A stretch of DNA of 64,000 bases from an uncultured bacterium. GTDB lineage: Bacteria; Muiribacteriota; UBA9980. The stretch is from the NCBI GenBank assembly GCA_964545075.1, contig CAZJFS010000003.1, positions 18,661-82,660 of the forward strand, read 5' to 3'. The notes below the pieces were generated by a model that saw only the letters and a program-made list of their open reading frames with translations, did no database searches and had not been told where the DNA came from. Within the stretch, counting starts at the first letter, position 1; every line of letters begins with the position of its first letter. The position numbers were made by a program, and so were the translations under genes. This document shows, one piece after another, positions 29,855 through 39,344 of this stretch.

Positions 29855-31015
29855 TTAATCTTCAGCGTGAAGGAATTTTTCCTGTACCTTTGAGATGACT
29901 ATCGTAAGGATCAGAAGCGCGTAGGACATCGCGGCGGCGTAACCGTATTCGCTCTGTTCCCATTTCGTGAAAAGGTAATATCCGGTGAGTTTGGTGGCGC
30001 CCAGCGATTTATCGAAGAGAGTGAGAATCGGGCCGCCCTTGGTCATGGCGTAAATTTCAGTGAAAGCGTTCAGCGCTCCTATAATCCCCGTGACCGCCAT
30101 GAAAAATATGATGGGCTTGACGAGAGGAAGCGTTATATAGAAAAATTTCTGGATCTCGTTGCAGCCGTCTATATCGGCCGCTTCGTATATGGCTTCAGAG
30201 ATGTTCTGGATGGCCGCCAGAAAAAGGATCATGCCGAAACCGGCGCCTTTGACTACGAGCGCGAAAACGACAGCCGGCATACATGTGGCGGGAGTTCCCA
30301 GAATTCCGCGGTCCAGAGCGTCTTTTGCGATGTTGGCGAAGCCGCCGAGAATTCCGCCGCCGCCGAAGAGAACTACGAAAACCGTGCCGTAAATAAGTAT
30401 ATCCAGAAGCGTGCCGGCCGTTTCGCCCTTGACGTATTTTTTCATTGAAAAGATCGAATGAATTTTATAGATTCCGAGAAGGATAAGGCCGTAAACTATG
30501 CCTTGAGTGAACATGGTGAACAGCGAAAGGAAAAAATGATTGAAGAAATTACCAAGAAAATTATAGGTGAAGAAGGTGAATGTGTAATTTATCAAAGTGT
30601 CGACGATGCCGCCCTTGCTGTAAATGAGCGTCCAGATGATGCCGATAACGAGCATATCGAGGACGTTCGGAAGGAAGTAGGCCGAGCGGAAAACGTTTTT
30701 AAATGAAATTTTATTGTTTAAAAATATCGCGAGCACGAGCGAAGAGAGAATGCCCATGGGCACGATCAGTACCGCGTAGTATAAAGTCATGAGCACGGCC
30801 CACAAGAACTCGTAATCGGTAAATAAGCGAGTGTAGTTATCCATTCCGACCCACTTGAGAGCGTTCAAAGAATAGCCGGTCCCGGTTTCCTGAAAGCTTA
30901 GAAAGAAAGAGTAAATAACGGGATAAGCAAGGAAGACGAAAAATATGGTTAAGAACGGGGCGAGAAATAAATAGGATATCTTGTTCTCGAGGTTCTTGGA
31001 CGAAGTTTTTGCCAT
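29855..31015 (-). CDS. Carbohydrate ABC transporter permease (MalF/UgpA-like, extended)
   Basis: The EAA motif AIYEAADIDGCNEIQKF is present. The protein is a polytopic permease. Confidence 0.8.
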   Translation of the reverse strand: MAKTSSKNLENKISYLFLAPFLTIFFVFLAYPVIYSFFLSFQETGTGYSLNALKWVGMDNYTRLFTDYEFLWAVLMTLYYAVLIVPMGILSSLVLAIFLNNKISFKNVFRSAYFLPNVLDMLVIGIIWTLIYSKGGIVDTLINYTFTFFTYNFLGNFFNHFFLSLFTMFTQGIVYGLILLGIYKIHSIFSMKKYVKGETAGTLLDILIYGTVFVVLFGGGGILGGFANIAKDALDRGILGTPATCMPAVVFALVVKGAGFGMILFLAAIQNISEAIYEAADIDGCNEIQKFFYITLPLVKPIIFFMAVTGIIGALNAFTEIYAMTKGGPILTLFDKSLGATKLTGYYLFTKWEQSEYGYAAAMSYALLILTIVISKVQEKFLHAED

Positions 31016-31140
31016 AAATCATATGCTTATTCTGGTTCTTGGTTTTATTAGATGGAATGCACCAATTAAAAAGCATATCCCCCTTTCAAAAAAATTATTG
31101 ATATATTAGAAAAAACGAATTCATTATTGTCCAGGCCGTT

Positions 31141-32535
31141 TTATTTGGATGAAATATAAGGGCTTGTTACTTCAGGTATCTCAGTTTTAAGTTTTTCGGC
31201 TTCCGCCGCGGCTTCATTTTTAGTTGCGTATCCGTCGAGTCTTACGCGGTAAACGGTGTCGCCTGACGATGCTTTTCCCGGGATTATAGATGCTTTCATG
31301 CCAAGCTTGACGACCTTTGATTTGAGACTGTCGGCGTTTTTCTGATTTTTATAGGTGCCCAGTTGTATGTAATAACCGCCGGTTTTTCCCTTTGATTTTT
31401 CAGCCGCTTTGGTTGTTTTTGCGGCTTCGGCGTCGGGGACGATCTCATCGTCGGACGGCTCGCTTATTTCGTCAGCTGTTTCGTCAGCGGCTGTGACCTT
31501 GACTTTGGATTCAGGCTTAACCGTTTCTTTTTTCGGCTCTTTTTTAACCGCGGCGGGCTTGGTTTCAGCGGTTTTTTTGACTGGCTGAACCGTTTCTTCC
31601 TCGATTATTTTAGCCGCCGTTTCTTCTTTTTTTTCGATTTTTTCAACGGGTTTGACTTCGGTCGCGTTTTTAGCTTCGACAACTTTTTTTTCGGGTTCTT
31701 TGACTTTTACGGTTTCGATGGGCGCTTCGGCCGGTTTTTTAACTTCAATTTTTATTTCCGGAGATTTAACCGTTTCTTTTTCAGGGGCGTGAGCCGGTTC
31801 GGCCGCTTTCGGTTTCACGGCCGTTACGGGTTTTTCCGGCAAAGGAGTTTCAACTTTTTCAGGTTGAACTGGTTGGCTTATCGTATTTAACACTTTCGAG
31901 TCGGAAGTGGCTACCACTATATCCGCGGGTTTCTTAACGGTTTCGGAAGATTTAGGCATGAAAGCCACTTCGAGGTTCGGATCGGGCGTTATAGTGATCT
32001 TGGCGGCATAATTTTTAAGCTTGGCCGCGTTAAGCATTGATTTGGCATCTTCGTAACTTTTGAAAAGACCTATGTGTACTACGTATTGTTTGCGGTCGGG
32101 CTTTATCATTATCTTTCTGGCGTAAAGATTTTTGTCGGAAAATTCCTTGATGATCTCGTCGGCGCGGCTTTCGTCATAAAATTCGTTTTCAACGCCTGAA
32201 CCGATCTGAACCGTGAAAAATTCGTTTTTGTTGATCGTCATGGAATCGGTCATAACCGAACCGGCGTCTTTGGATATTTTAAGCTCTCCTTCCTCGATGC
32301 GGCTGTCGGCGTTAGCTGAGACTTCCACGTTGCTTGCCGCGCTTCCGGTTATTTTGGTTACGGCGCCTTCCTGCTCGCGGACCTGCTGGCCGTAATATAA
32401 GCCTATCAAAACAACGATTATGACTACTATAATCCATGAGAGGACTATAAGCATCTTTTCATTGGTCGAGGAGACCGCTTTAAAATTGAAGTTTCTGTTC
32501 TGTCTCATTTTTTCTCCGGAAAAATAAATTAGCAA
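31141..32535 (-). CDS. SPOR-domain protein with a long Lys/Glu/Pro/Val-rich linker
   Basis: An N-terminal TM helix is followed by a low-complexity KPxEKxE linker and two SPOR-like domains (…YVVHIGLFKSYEDAKSM…; …YYIQLGTYKNQKNADSL…YRVRLDGYATKNEAAA). The real start may be the Met at 32508. Confidence 0.65.
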   Translation of the reverse strand: MLIYFSGEKMRQNRNFNFKAVSSTNEKMLIVLSWIIVVIIVVLIGLYYGQQVREQEGAVTKITGSAASNVEVSANADSRIEEGELKISKDAGSVMTDSMTINKNEFFTVQIGSGVENEFYDESRADEIIKEFSDKNLYARKIMIKPDRKQYVVHIGLFKSYEDAKSMLNAAKLKNYAAKITITPDPNLEVAFMPKSSETVKKPADIVVATSDSKVLNTISQPVQPEKVETPLPEKPVTAVKPKAAEPAHAPEKETVKSPEIKIEVKKPAEAPIETVKVKEPEKKVVEAKNATEVKPVEKIEKKEETAAKIIEEETVQPVKKTAETKPAAVKKEPKKETVKPESKVKVTAADETADEISEPSDDEIVPDAEAAKTTKAAEKSKGKTGGYYIQLGTYKNQKNADSLKSKVVKLGMKASIIPGKASSGDTVYRVRLDGYATKNEAAAEAEKLKTEIPEVTSPYISSK

Positions 32536-32561
32536 AATGTTACCATTTTTTCGTCAAATAG

Positions 32562-33569
32562 TCAATGAAAAGTGCCATATATTTTTTCGCCGCAGGCGCC
32601 GCAACATCCGCTTTCGGAAAGGCCGCCGATCGTGCTCGAAAAATATTCTCTTTTTATGAGGATTTTCCCGCAGGAAGGGCAGTGAGTGGAGTTTTTAGCA
32701 ATATCGCTGACGTTTCCCAGGTAGACGAATTTAAGTTTACGCATTCCTATCTCGTACGCCATGTTGAGCGTTTTTATAGGCGTCGTCTGAATTTCACATA
32801 AATACGAAGGATGATAACGGGAGAAATGAAGCGGAATGTCGGGTGAAACCGAAGCTACGAAATCGACAAGGCTCGATACGGCCTGGTTCGCGTCGTTAAG
32901 CGTCGGTATCAAAAGGTTGGTTATTTCCACGTGTATTCCGAGCCCCCAGGCGAGCCTGATAGTGTCGGTTACAGCCTCCAGCGATCCGTTTCCGCAGACG
33001 TCGCGGTAAAAATTATCTGAAAAAGCCTTGAGGTCTACGTTCATGGCGTCGATATAAGGCGCAAGCTCACGCAGGGCCGGTTCGGAAATGTCGCCGTTGG
33101 TGACCATGACCGTTTTAAGGCCGTTATCATGAAAGAGCTTAGCGCAATCGTAAACGAATTCATACCATATGGCGGGTTCGTTGTACGTGAAAGCTATACC
33201 GCAGCAATTGGCCGACTGGCGGGCGAGAGAGAGAAGGTAGGCAGGATTGACTTTTGTGAAGTTTGTTTTATGCTGTGAGATTTCGTAATTCTGGCAGAAT
33301 TTGCAGGCGAGATTGCAGTAATTTGTTCCGAGGGAAAGAATAAGGGTTCCGGGCAGAAAATGATACAGCGGTTTTTTTTCCATGGGGTCCATGTTGATGG
33401 CGACCGCGTTTCCATAATTTAGCGTGTAAAGCTCCCCGGCGTCGTTGATCCTTGATTTACAAAACCCGGTTTTTCCGGGTAATGTCACGCACTGTTTGGA
33501 GCAGAGGAGACAGCGGACACGATTTCCGTCCAATTTTTGAAAATGCCGCGCCGGGAATTTTTCATTCAT
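32562..33569 (-). CDS. AmmeMemoRadiSam-system-type radical SAM enzyme (PFL-activase-like)
   Basis: The N-terminal zinc-ribbon-like segment reads RCLLCSKQC…GFC. It continues with MEKKPLYHFLPGTLILSLGTNYCNLACKFCQNYEIS, which contains a CxxxCxxC motif. The start was set at MNEKFP; the ORF track adds a 34-aa N-terminal extension. Confidence 0.65.
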   Translation of the reverse strand: MNEKFPARHFQKLDGNRVRCLLCSKQCVTLPGKTGFCKSRINDAGELYTLNYGNAVAINMDPMEKKPLYHFLPGTLILSLGTNYCNLACKFCQNYEISQHKTNFTKVNPAYLLSLARQSANCCGIAFTYNEPAIWYEFVYDCAKLFHDNGLKTVMVTNGDISEPALRELAPYIDAMNVDLKAFSDNFYRDVCGNGSLEAVTDTIRLAWGLGIHVEITNLLIPTLNDANQAVSSLVDFVASVSPDIPLHFSRYHPSYLCEIQTTPIKTLNMAYEIGMRKLKFVYLGNVSDIAKNSTHCPSCGKILIKREYFSSTIGGLSESGCCGACGEKIYGTFH

Positions 33570-33601
33570 CGTTCTACCTCTATTTTCTATGATGTCAATA
33601 A

Positions 33602-34594
33602 TTAGTCGGGGATCTTGACGACGATCGCGCCTTTCGGACATCTGCCGATACAAAGGCCGCAACCTATGCATTTTTCTTCGATCACTTTAAATTCCTTGTC
33701 GGATGCTGTTATCGCATGTGCCGGGCATATTTCGGAGCATATCCCGCAGAGATTGCATTTATCGGCGTTTATTAAAACAAGGTTTTCGTTTATGCGCGTA
33801 TTTTCAATGACCCCGGTCGGGCATTTGATCGAGCATATTCCGCAGTTCGTGCAGCGGTCGGCCATTATTTCGGGTGCTCCGGCTCCGGAATCAAAGGCGT
33901 TCTGCGGACAGGCCTTGACGCAGACGAGGCATCTTATGCAACCGGTTCTGCATATTTTATGGACCACCATTCCGTCGTCGCGGGTCTGGCATTTAACGTA
34001 GGTTTTGAGCTTTCTATCGCCGAGTTTTAAAACGTTGAATGGGCAGGAAATAACGCATTTTCCGCAGCCGATACATTTCAGTTCGTTTATTCTTGGCAGA
34101 AAGTCATCTATGAGCTCTATCGCCCCGACCGGGCATGCCATCTGGCAGTCGCCGAATCCGGCGCAGCCATAGGAACATTCGCGGTTGCCGTTCCACAGAA
34201 GATTCACTCCGGCGCAGTTTTTGACGCCATAGTATTTGAATTTCTCGTTGCAGCCGGTGTGCGTTGCGGCGCACCTGGTCCGGGCGACAGGGGCCGTTTC
34301 GTCTAACGAGCCGGTATTGTACCCCCAGATGCGCGCCGAGGCTTTTTTCAATTCGGATGATGAATGAGCGCAAAGATATATGACCTCCGGAGCATGCGCA
34401 GCCGTCGCGGCGAATTCCTTGCAGTTTTTAAAGCCGCATTTTTCGCAGTCGTTAAGCGGAAGAAGTTCCAGAATAAGCGAGGCGCGGTCGTCCCCGTTGA
34501 TGAAAGCGCGCCGGTTCGCGCCGGCGTATTCTGAGATAAAACCAGTTATGAAGTTTAAAACGAGAAATGACGCTAATGTAAAAACAGAACTCAT
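33602..34594 (-). CDS. rnfB: RnfB-like electron transport complex subunit B with multiple 4Fe-4S ferredoxin domains
   Basis: It has an N-terminal TM helix. The RnfB-type FeS domain reads LPLNDCEKCGFKNCKEFA. Four ferredoxin-type CxxCxxCxxxCP motifs follow. Confidence 0.7.
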   Translation of the reverse strand: MSSVFTLASFLVLNFITGFISEYAGANRRAFINGDDRASLILELLPLNDCEKCGFKNCKEFAATAAHAPEVIYLCAHSSSELKKASARIWGYNTGSLDETAPVARTRCAATHTGCNEKFKYYGVKNCAGVNLLWNGNRECSYGCAGFGDCQMACPVGAIELIDDFLPRINELKCIGCGKCVISCPFNVLKLGDRKLKTYVKCQTRDDGMVVHKICRTGCIRCLVCVKACPQNAFDSGAGAPEIMADRCTNCGICSIKCPTGVIENTRINENLVLINADKCNLCGICSEICPAHAITASDKEFKVIEEKCIGCGLCIGRCPKGAIVVKIPD

Positions 34595-34597
34595 AAT

Positions 34598-34816
34598 TTA
34601 AAGTAACGTTATCTCTTCCACCCGGATTCCGTCTTCACGAATTATCCGAATCCACGATGCCTGTGATAGTTTTTCATACATGTCGAAACGTTCGCACGCG
34701 TGTTTTATTGCCTGAGCCTCATTGACCGCGTTTATCATGAACTCGACCGTATGTTCTTTTTTTGTGCCGCTGTCAAAATATGGGATAGTAACTTTGTAGC
34801 TTTTATTTTTTTTCAA
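34598..34816 (-). CDS. Small (72 aa) hypothetical protein inserted between rnfA and rnfB
   Basis: The ORF is tightly packed, starting 2 bp after the rnfA stop and ending 4 bp before the rnfB start. No family is recognised. Confidence 0.4.
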   Translation of the reverse strand: MKKNKSYKVTIPYFDSGTKKEHTVEFMINAVNEAQAIKHACERFDMYEKLSQASWIRIIREDGIRVEEITLL

Positions 34817-34817
34817 T

Positions 34818-35354
34818 TTATACCACCTTGAAAAAAAGAGAAAGCGAGACGGATAAAAAACCGAGCGTTATAATCTCGCAGCAAAAAATATTGAAATCGC
34901 TTATGTTTCCGGCTTCAATAGCTATTCTTTTTCTGATAAAGAAAAAAATCGCGGCTACCGCTAAAAATCCTGCCGCCGCGCCAAAGGAATTTTGAACCGC
35001 CGCTCCGGCGGTTTTAGAAAGTTTTAAAATATAGAAGGGGACCAGGCACGAGAGATAGTTAAGCGAATCGTATATGCCGTTGTCGGCATGGCCAAGAAGC
35101 CAATAAATTGATTGATTAAAAAAGAAAGCGGCCGAGACGGAAAAAATGAATATATATATATCGTTTTTCGAAAATTCGGGGAGGAAGTTTGCGATAAAAG
35201 CGAATAGCGAGGTTACCGTTAACATAGTGAACGAATTAACGGCGGCGGTCATGAAATAATCGCGGCCGCTGTTTTTGCTTGAAAAAAGGACAAGCTCGGC
35301 GCCGAAACCCAAAAAAAGAATTATGTTAAAGTATATCATGAATGTCGTTATCAT
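34818..35354 (-). CDS. rnfA: RnfA/RnfE-family membrane subunit (RnfA position)
   Basis: It has about 6 TM helices. The C-terminus AAIFFFIRKRIAIEAGNISD…IITLGFLSVSL matches the RnfA pattern …IRERLA…ITAGLMSLAF. Confidence 0.6.
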   Translation of the reverse strand: MITTFMIYFNIILFLGFGAELVLFSSKNSGRDYFMTAAVNSFTMLTVTSLFAFIANFLPEFSKNDIYIFIFSVSAAFFFNQSIYWLLGHADNGIYDSLNYLSCLVPFYILKLSKTAGAAVQNSFGAAAGFLAVAAIFFFIRKRIAIEAGNISDFNIFCCEIITLGFLSVSLSLFFKVV

Positions 35355-35411
35355 TTTAACCCTTTATCATTTCAGTTGTGAATTATATTATATCATCGGA
35401 TGCTTAATTAA

Positions 35412-35945
35412 TCAAATTAATTTTTCCAGAATCTTGCTTGTTCCGAGCGCTAAGAGACCGGCCAGGATTATCACCGGACCTGGATAATAAAGAGCGTTCA
35501 CGCCGGAAAGGGCCGGTAAAGCTTTTAATAATTCTATGCTCAGACCCGTAATCATAAAAATGCTGACGGAAACGGAGGCCATTATGGAGAAGTGTTTGAA
35601 ATATTCGGAAAATTTGGAGGCCGTTCTGGAATACCCGCCGAGATAAATGCCAGCCATTGAAAATGCGGTTAAAAAAATATAAATTTCAGAGTTCCATCCT
35701 ATGTAATAATTTTTAGACAAAAAGAAATTGTAGAGAGCGAGGTTGAATGGAAGCGAAACGAAAACTGCCGCGGGATATTTAAGCTTGATGTCATAATTTT
35801 TTAAGGGATATAAAAATGCGGCGGTGACGAACATGGCCGAGACGGAAAAAATGGAGAAAAAAATCGCGGAAGTCAGGCAGTCGACGGCCAGAAGAAATGG
35901 TAATATGCCGGTTATAGCTATTTTCACGTTTTTAAAATCGTTCAA
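35412..35945 (-). CDS. rnfE: RnfA/RnfE-family membrane subunit (RnfE position)
   Basis: It has 6 TM helices. GILPFLLAVDCLTSA matches LGLCPLLAVT in RnfE/NqrD. The gene overlaps rnfG by 4 bp. Confidence 0.6.
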   Translation of the reverse strand: MNDFKNVKIAITGILPFLLAVDCLTSAIFFSIFSVSAMFVTAAFLYPLKNYDIKLKYPAAVFVSLPFNLALYNFFLSKNYYIGWNSEIYIFLTAFSMAGIYLGGYSRTASKFSEYFKHFSIMASVSVSIFMITGLSIELLKALPALSGVNALYYPGPVIILAGLLALGTSKILEKLI

Positions 35946-36922
35946 TTCACATCCTCCTTTTTATTATTTCCTTCCATTTTGTCCGATGCGCTTGAATTGA
36001 TGAAGTCCTTGATAAGGGAAAGAATCGGTTGGATATTGCTTATAAAATCGAACTTGTCCGAATACATATTGTTTTTTCTTTCAGCGGCGGTTATCAGCAA
36101 TATATTTTCGGGTGAAATGTCGCTTATGAGAAGGCCGTTGAATCGGTCGAGAAAGCCGGAGCCGATGTTTCTGAAAAAGGTCTTTTTCAGAGGAAAAACC
36201 ATTATCCGGCATATCTGGCCGCCGGTTTTCATCGTGAAGGCGACCCTTATCTGCTCGAATTTGCCGGGAAGAAAAGTTTCGCAATAAAGTCCGGCCTGGG
36301 TTCCGTTAATTTTTATGTCGGCTATATTCGCGCAGATCTCGTCTTTTCTTATTTCGCGCGGCGCTGAAAGTTCCATTTTATGTTTTACCGCATTATAGAT
36401 CGCCTTGTAAATGTTGGCCGCCGAGGCGCCGTTATCGTCCGCAAGTTTTATTCCACGATTTTCCCGGATCTTTGTGAGTATCCTGTTTGAAATAAGTTCC
36501 ATGTCGTCGACTGAGTCGGATGATTTGAGGATGAGTCCGCGCGAGGTAAAGCTCATTGTGCGGTCCTGCTTTATGAAAAATTTTATCCAGGGAGCGGTTT
36601 CCTCGGGAAATTTATAATCTTTAAAGGCTTCTTCAAAATCGGCGCTGTCTTTATGCAGATCGAGCCCCGCGTTATAAGAGTCCAGCTTTTCGGGCGCGAC
36701 GCCGGCCTGCCAGGAATAGATTCCGGGCGGAAGGTCGTCGTTTTTGATATGGTTTCCAAGAAACGAGCGGAAAATTTCTTCGGGCGACAGCTTGAGTCCT
36801 TTGTTTTGCGATGTTTTCAGAACGTTTGAGAACGGGCGGCTTGCGATATCGGCGGCCATTATTGAAAAAGCGATGGAAATAACGAATATTAAAGAGGCGG
36901 CCAGGCTTTTACGCGCGTTCAT
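35942..36922 (-). CDS. rnfG: Membrane-anchored protein in the RnfG position (divergent; no obvious S/TGAT FMN-attachment motif)
   Basis: It has an N-terminal TM helix and sits between rnfD and rnfE. No canonical FMN_bind SGAT(S/T) motif was found by eye. Confidence 0.35.
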   Translation of the reverse strand: MNARKSLAASLIFVISIAFSIMAADIASRPFSNVLKTSQNKGLKLSPEEIFRSFLGNHIKNDDLPPGIYSWQAGVAPEKLDSYNAGLDLHKDSADFEEAFKDYKFPEETAPWIKFFIKQDRTMSFTSRGLILKSSDSVDDMELISNRILTKIRENRGIKLADDNGASAANIYKAIYNAVKHKMELSAPREIRKDEICANIADIKINGTQAGLYCETFLPGKFEQIRVAFTMKTGGQICRIMVFPLKKTFFRNIGSGFLDRFNGLLISDISPENILLITAAERKNNMYSDKFDFISNIQPILSLIKDFINSSASDKMEGNNKKEDVN

Positions 36923-36923
36923 A

Positions 36924-37910
36924 TCAGGACCTCCTGCGGCTGGTTATTTCGTCAAGCGCGGGTACCAGGGAAGACGATATTAAAAGCGCGTAATTGGTCA
37001 TATCCATACCATTGCCGTAAACACCGAGCATGTAAGCCGTGGAACCGAAAAATGCTCCGTATATGTAGCGTGAAAAACGTCTTTCAGGAGAAGAATAATA
37101 ATCTGTCAGCACAAAACATGAATAAAACAGGAACAGGCTTCCGAATGCGTGATAAACGAACTCGGAGACTACGCCCCAGAAACCCCTGGAAAAAGTGAAC
37201 ACGCAAACTGCGAGGAAAAGTCCGGAGAAGGAGCCGACGATCGAAACCGCGTCGACTGACTTTTTAAGGTAAAGCGAGAACGCTACGATGAGTATAACGA
37301 TTATCGAAGTTTCGCAATAATGTCCGGGATACCAGCCCGCCAGAAGCTTTATAAGATTTTGAAGCCCCGCTGACGTGGCGTCTGAAACGGCCGTGGCGTT
37401 CTTGAATGTAAAGCAGTTAGAATATTCGTCGATGGGGAACGGGAAAAACCATTGTTTTGACATGAAGGGCCGTGGATAATTGAAATAAAGCATTTTGTTG
37501 CCGAAGGAAATCGTCAGAAAGGCTATCGAGACTGAAACGGGGTTGAATATTCTGAAAATATTTCCCGAAGGCGGGAAGAAAGTCAGAAGATAAACGATAA
37601 TAGCCCCTAAAATAGCTATGTATAAAGGAACTCCGGCTGGAAGCAGGAGCGCGTAAAGGAACGCGTAATAATAATTTTCATATCCGATATCGGCGAAACG
37701 CCTTCCGCGTTTTTTCAGTTCGAAATAGGTCGGAAGAAGAACGAATAAAATGGCGGTGAAAATGGTCAGCATTGCCATAATACCATAGTTGTAAACCGAA
37801 ATAAGGATGACCGGAAGAAGCGCGAGCGCCCTCGTTAAAAAGATCGAACTTTTAGACAGAGGCGAGTGGATGTATGGGTGTATTGAAACGGCAAGCTCCA
37901 TGTCGGCCAT
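36924..37910 (-). CDS. rnfD: RnfD/NqrB-family polytopic membrane subunit
   Basis: GHYCETSIIVILIVAFSLYL matches the GxLGETSALALLLGGLYL pattern. TDYYSSP…GAFFGSTAYMLGVYG matches ATDPVTSP…GALIGLL. Confidence 0.7.
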   Translation of the reverse strand: MADMELAVSIHPYIHSPLSKSSIFLTRALALLPVILISVYNYGIMAMLTIFTAILFVLLPTYFELKKRGRRFADIGYENYYYAFLYALLLPAGVPLYIAILGAIIVYLLTFFPPSGNIFRIFNPVSVSIAFLTISFGNKMLYFNYPRPFMSKQWFFPFPIDEYSNCFTFKNATAVSDATSAGLQNLIKLLAGWYPGHYCETSIIVILIVAFSLYLKKSVDAVSIVGSFSGLFLAVCVFTFSRGFWGVVSEFVYHAFGSLFLFYSCFVLTDYYSSPERRFSRYIYGAFFGSTAYMLGVYGNGMDMTNYALLISSSLVPALDEITSRRRS

Positions 37911-39226
37911 CAGTTTTCACGCCCCTTTATATTGGACTGAAGGATCATCTTTTTCGAAAGTATTATCGAGTGCGTAATATTTATCCGCGAGGGGCAGATA
38001 TAAGAGCAGACGCCGCATTCTATGCATGAATAAATTCCGGCTGCCGCGGTTTCGGAATGTTTTCCGAGGCGGCTAAGACGGTTTATAAATGCAGGATTTA
38101 AGGAGGCGGGGCAATGATCGATGCATTTTTTACAGCGCATGCATGTCTCCTCGTGCGGCGTAGAAAGGCGTTCGGTTGGAAGAAGCGTCAGGGCGCTGGT
38201 AGTTTTTATAACCGGGACGTTCGTCGTATATTGAGAGAAACCGGACATGAGGCCGTCTATCACCATGGAATTAACTGTTCCGCAAAGACCGCCGCATTGT
38301 TCGATTATTTCGGAGATCATTGTTCCGATGCGAACCTTTACGTTAGATGGTTTTGCGATGGCATATCCCGAGACCGTGAGATAGGTATCTATCTGGGGTT
38401 TGTTAAACTTTAGCGCTTCATATAAAAAATAAGCGACGGAGGCGTCGAGGACGAAGCAGCCGGCATCGGAGAGTTTCCCGTGCCTTATGTCCGCCTTTAA
38501 TATGCAGGATGCGAGTATCGCTTCGTTTCCCTGCGGGTATTTATCGGTCACTCTAATTATTTTAATGTTTTTATAAGCTGATATAGCGCTTTCAAGCGTC
38601 GCTATAAGTTTTTTCATGTGGTAAGGCACGGCCAGAAAAATGAACTTCGGTGAGAGCGCCGAACTCATGAATAATATTCCGCTTAAAATTTCATCGGTAA
38701 AATTGCGCGCCATAGTTTCGACGTTGTGCACATAGGGTTCGTTCTGGACAAAATTTACTATAAGGTAGTAAATCTGCTTGTTTTTAATTTCCGAAAGTTT
38801 GTACCAGAGAGGATAATTGGAAGAAGCGCGATCGACTATGGAGCATTGCCTGGATTTTTCTATTATTTCATCCAGTGAAAAAGCGGTCCGGTCAGAAACT
38901 TTTATTTCGCCGTTAGGCGTGTCCTGACCGTCGGAAGCTATAACCACGGCCGGTGAATATTTGTAGTGAGGATGCGTGAACTCGGAAACGCTTTCAACGG
39001 TACCTGAAAGCGGCGCATGGACATCGCAGGAAATAGCACCCATTCCTCTGGCAATTAGATCAAAAGTTTTTACCCGATCGCCTGGTTTAACGCATGCAAC
39101 AGCGGGCGAACCGTTATGCTGGCTTAGAAGCACGCATACCTTAGAGGGTATCTTCAGGGAAACGAGGGGTTTTTCCTCCGTGAGCTCATTGTTGAGCGGT
39201 AATTTTATTCCTCCGTGAAAATCCAT
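37910..39226 (-). CDS. rnfC: RnfC-like subunit (N-terminal RnfC domain, 51K-like core, 2x 4Fe-4S) with a degenerate Gly-rich loop
   Basis: The N-terminus reads MDFHGGIKLP…AISCDVHAPLSGTV. The segment LIVNFVQNEPYV matches IINGAECEPYL. The 4Fe-4S motifs are CMRCKKCIDHCP and CIECGVCSYICP. The expected GxGGAGFPTxxKL loop is replaced by RASSNYPLWYKL. Confidence 0.7.
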   Translation of the reverse strand: MDFHGGIKLPLNNELTEEKPLVSLKIPSKVCVLLSQHNGSPAVACVKPGDRVKTFDLIARGMGAISCDVHAPLSGTVESVSEFTHPHYKYSPAVVIASDGQDTPNGEIKVSDRTAFSLDEIIEKSRQCSIVDRASSNYPLWYKLSEIKNKQIYYLIVNFVQNEPYVHNVETMARNFTDEILSGILFMSSALSPKFIFLAVPYHMKKLIATLESAISAYKNIKIIRVTDKYPQGNEAILASCILKADIRHGKLSDAGCFVLDASVAYFLYEALKFNKPQIDTYLTVSGYAIAKPSNVKVRIGTMISEIIEQCGGLCGTVNSMVIDGLMSGFSQYTTNVPVIKTTSALTLLPTERLSTPHEETCMRCKKCIDHCPASLNPAFINRLSRLGKHSETAAAGIYSCIECGVCSYICPSRINITHSIILSKKMILQSNIKGREN

Positions 39227-39344
39227 TTCATATCCTATATAAAAAATATTAATTGCATTCTACCACAAATAAGCTTAAAAATTCAATAAGAGTTTAATTG
39301 AAATTGCATTTTTTTTTTGATATAATAAACCGCGGAGATGATTT

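Noticed and set aside
34598-34816. Whether the 72-aa ORF between rnfA and rnfB is a RiPP-like precursor for the downstream radical SAM.
   Set aside because: It is not Cys/Ser/Thr-rich and has no leader/core organisation. It is more likely a small Rnf-associated accessory protein. It is kept as a hypothetical CDS only.
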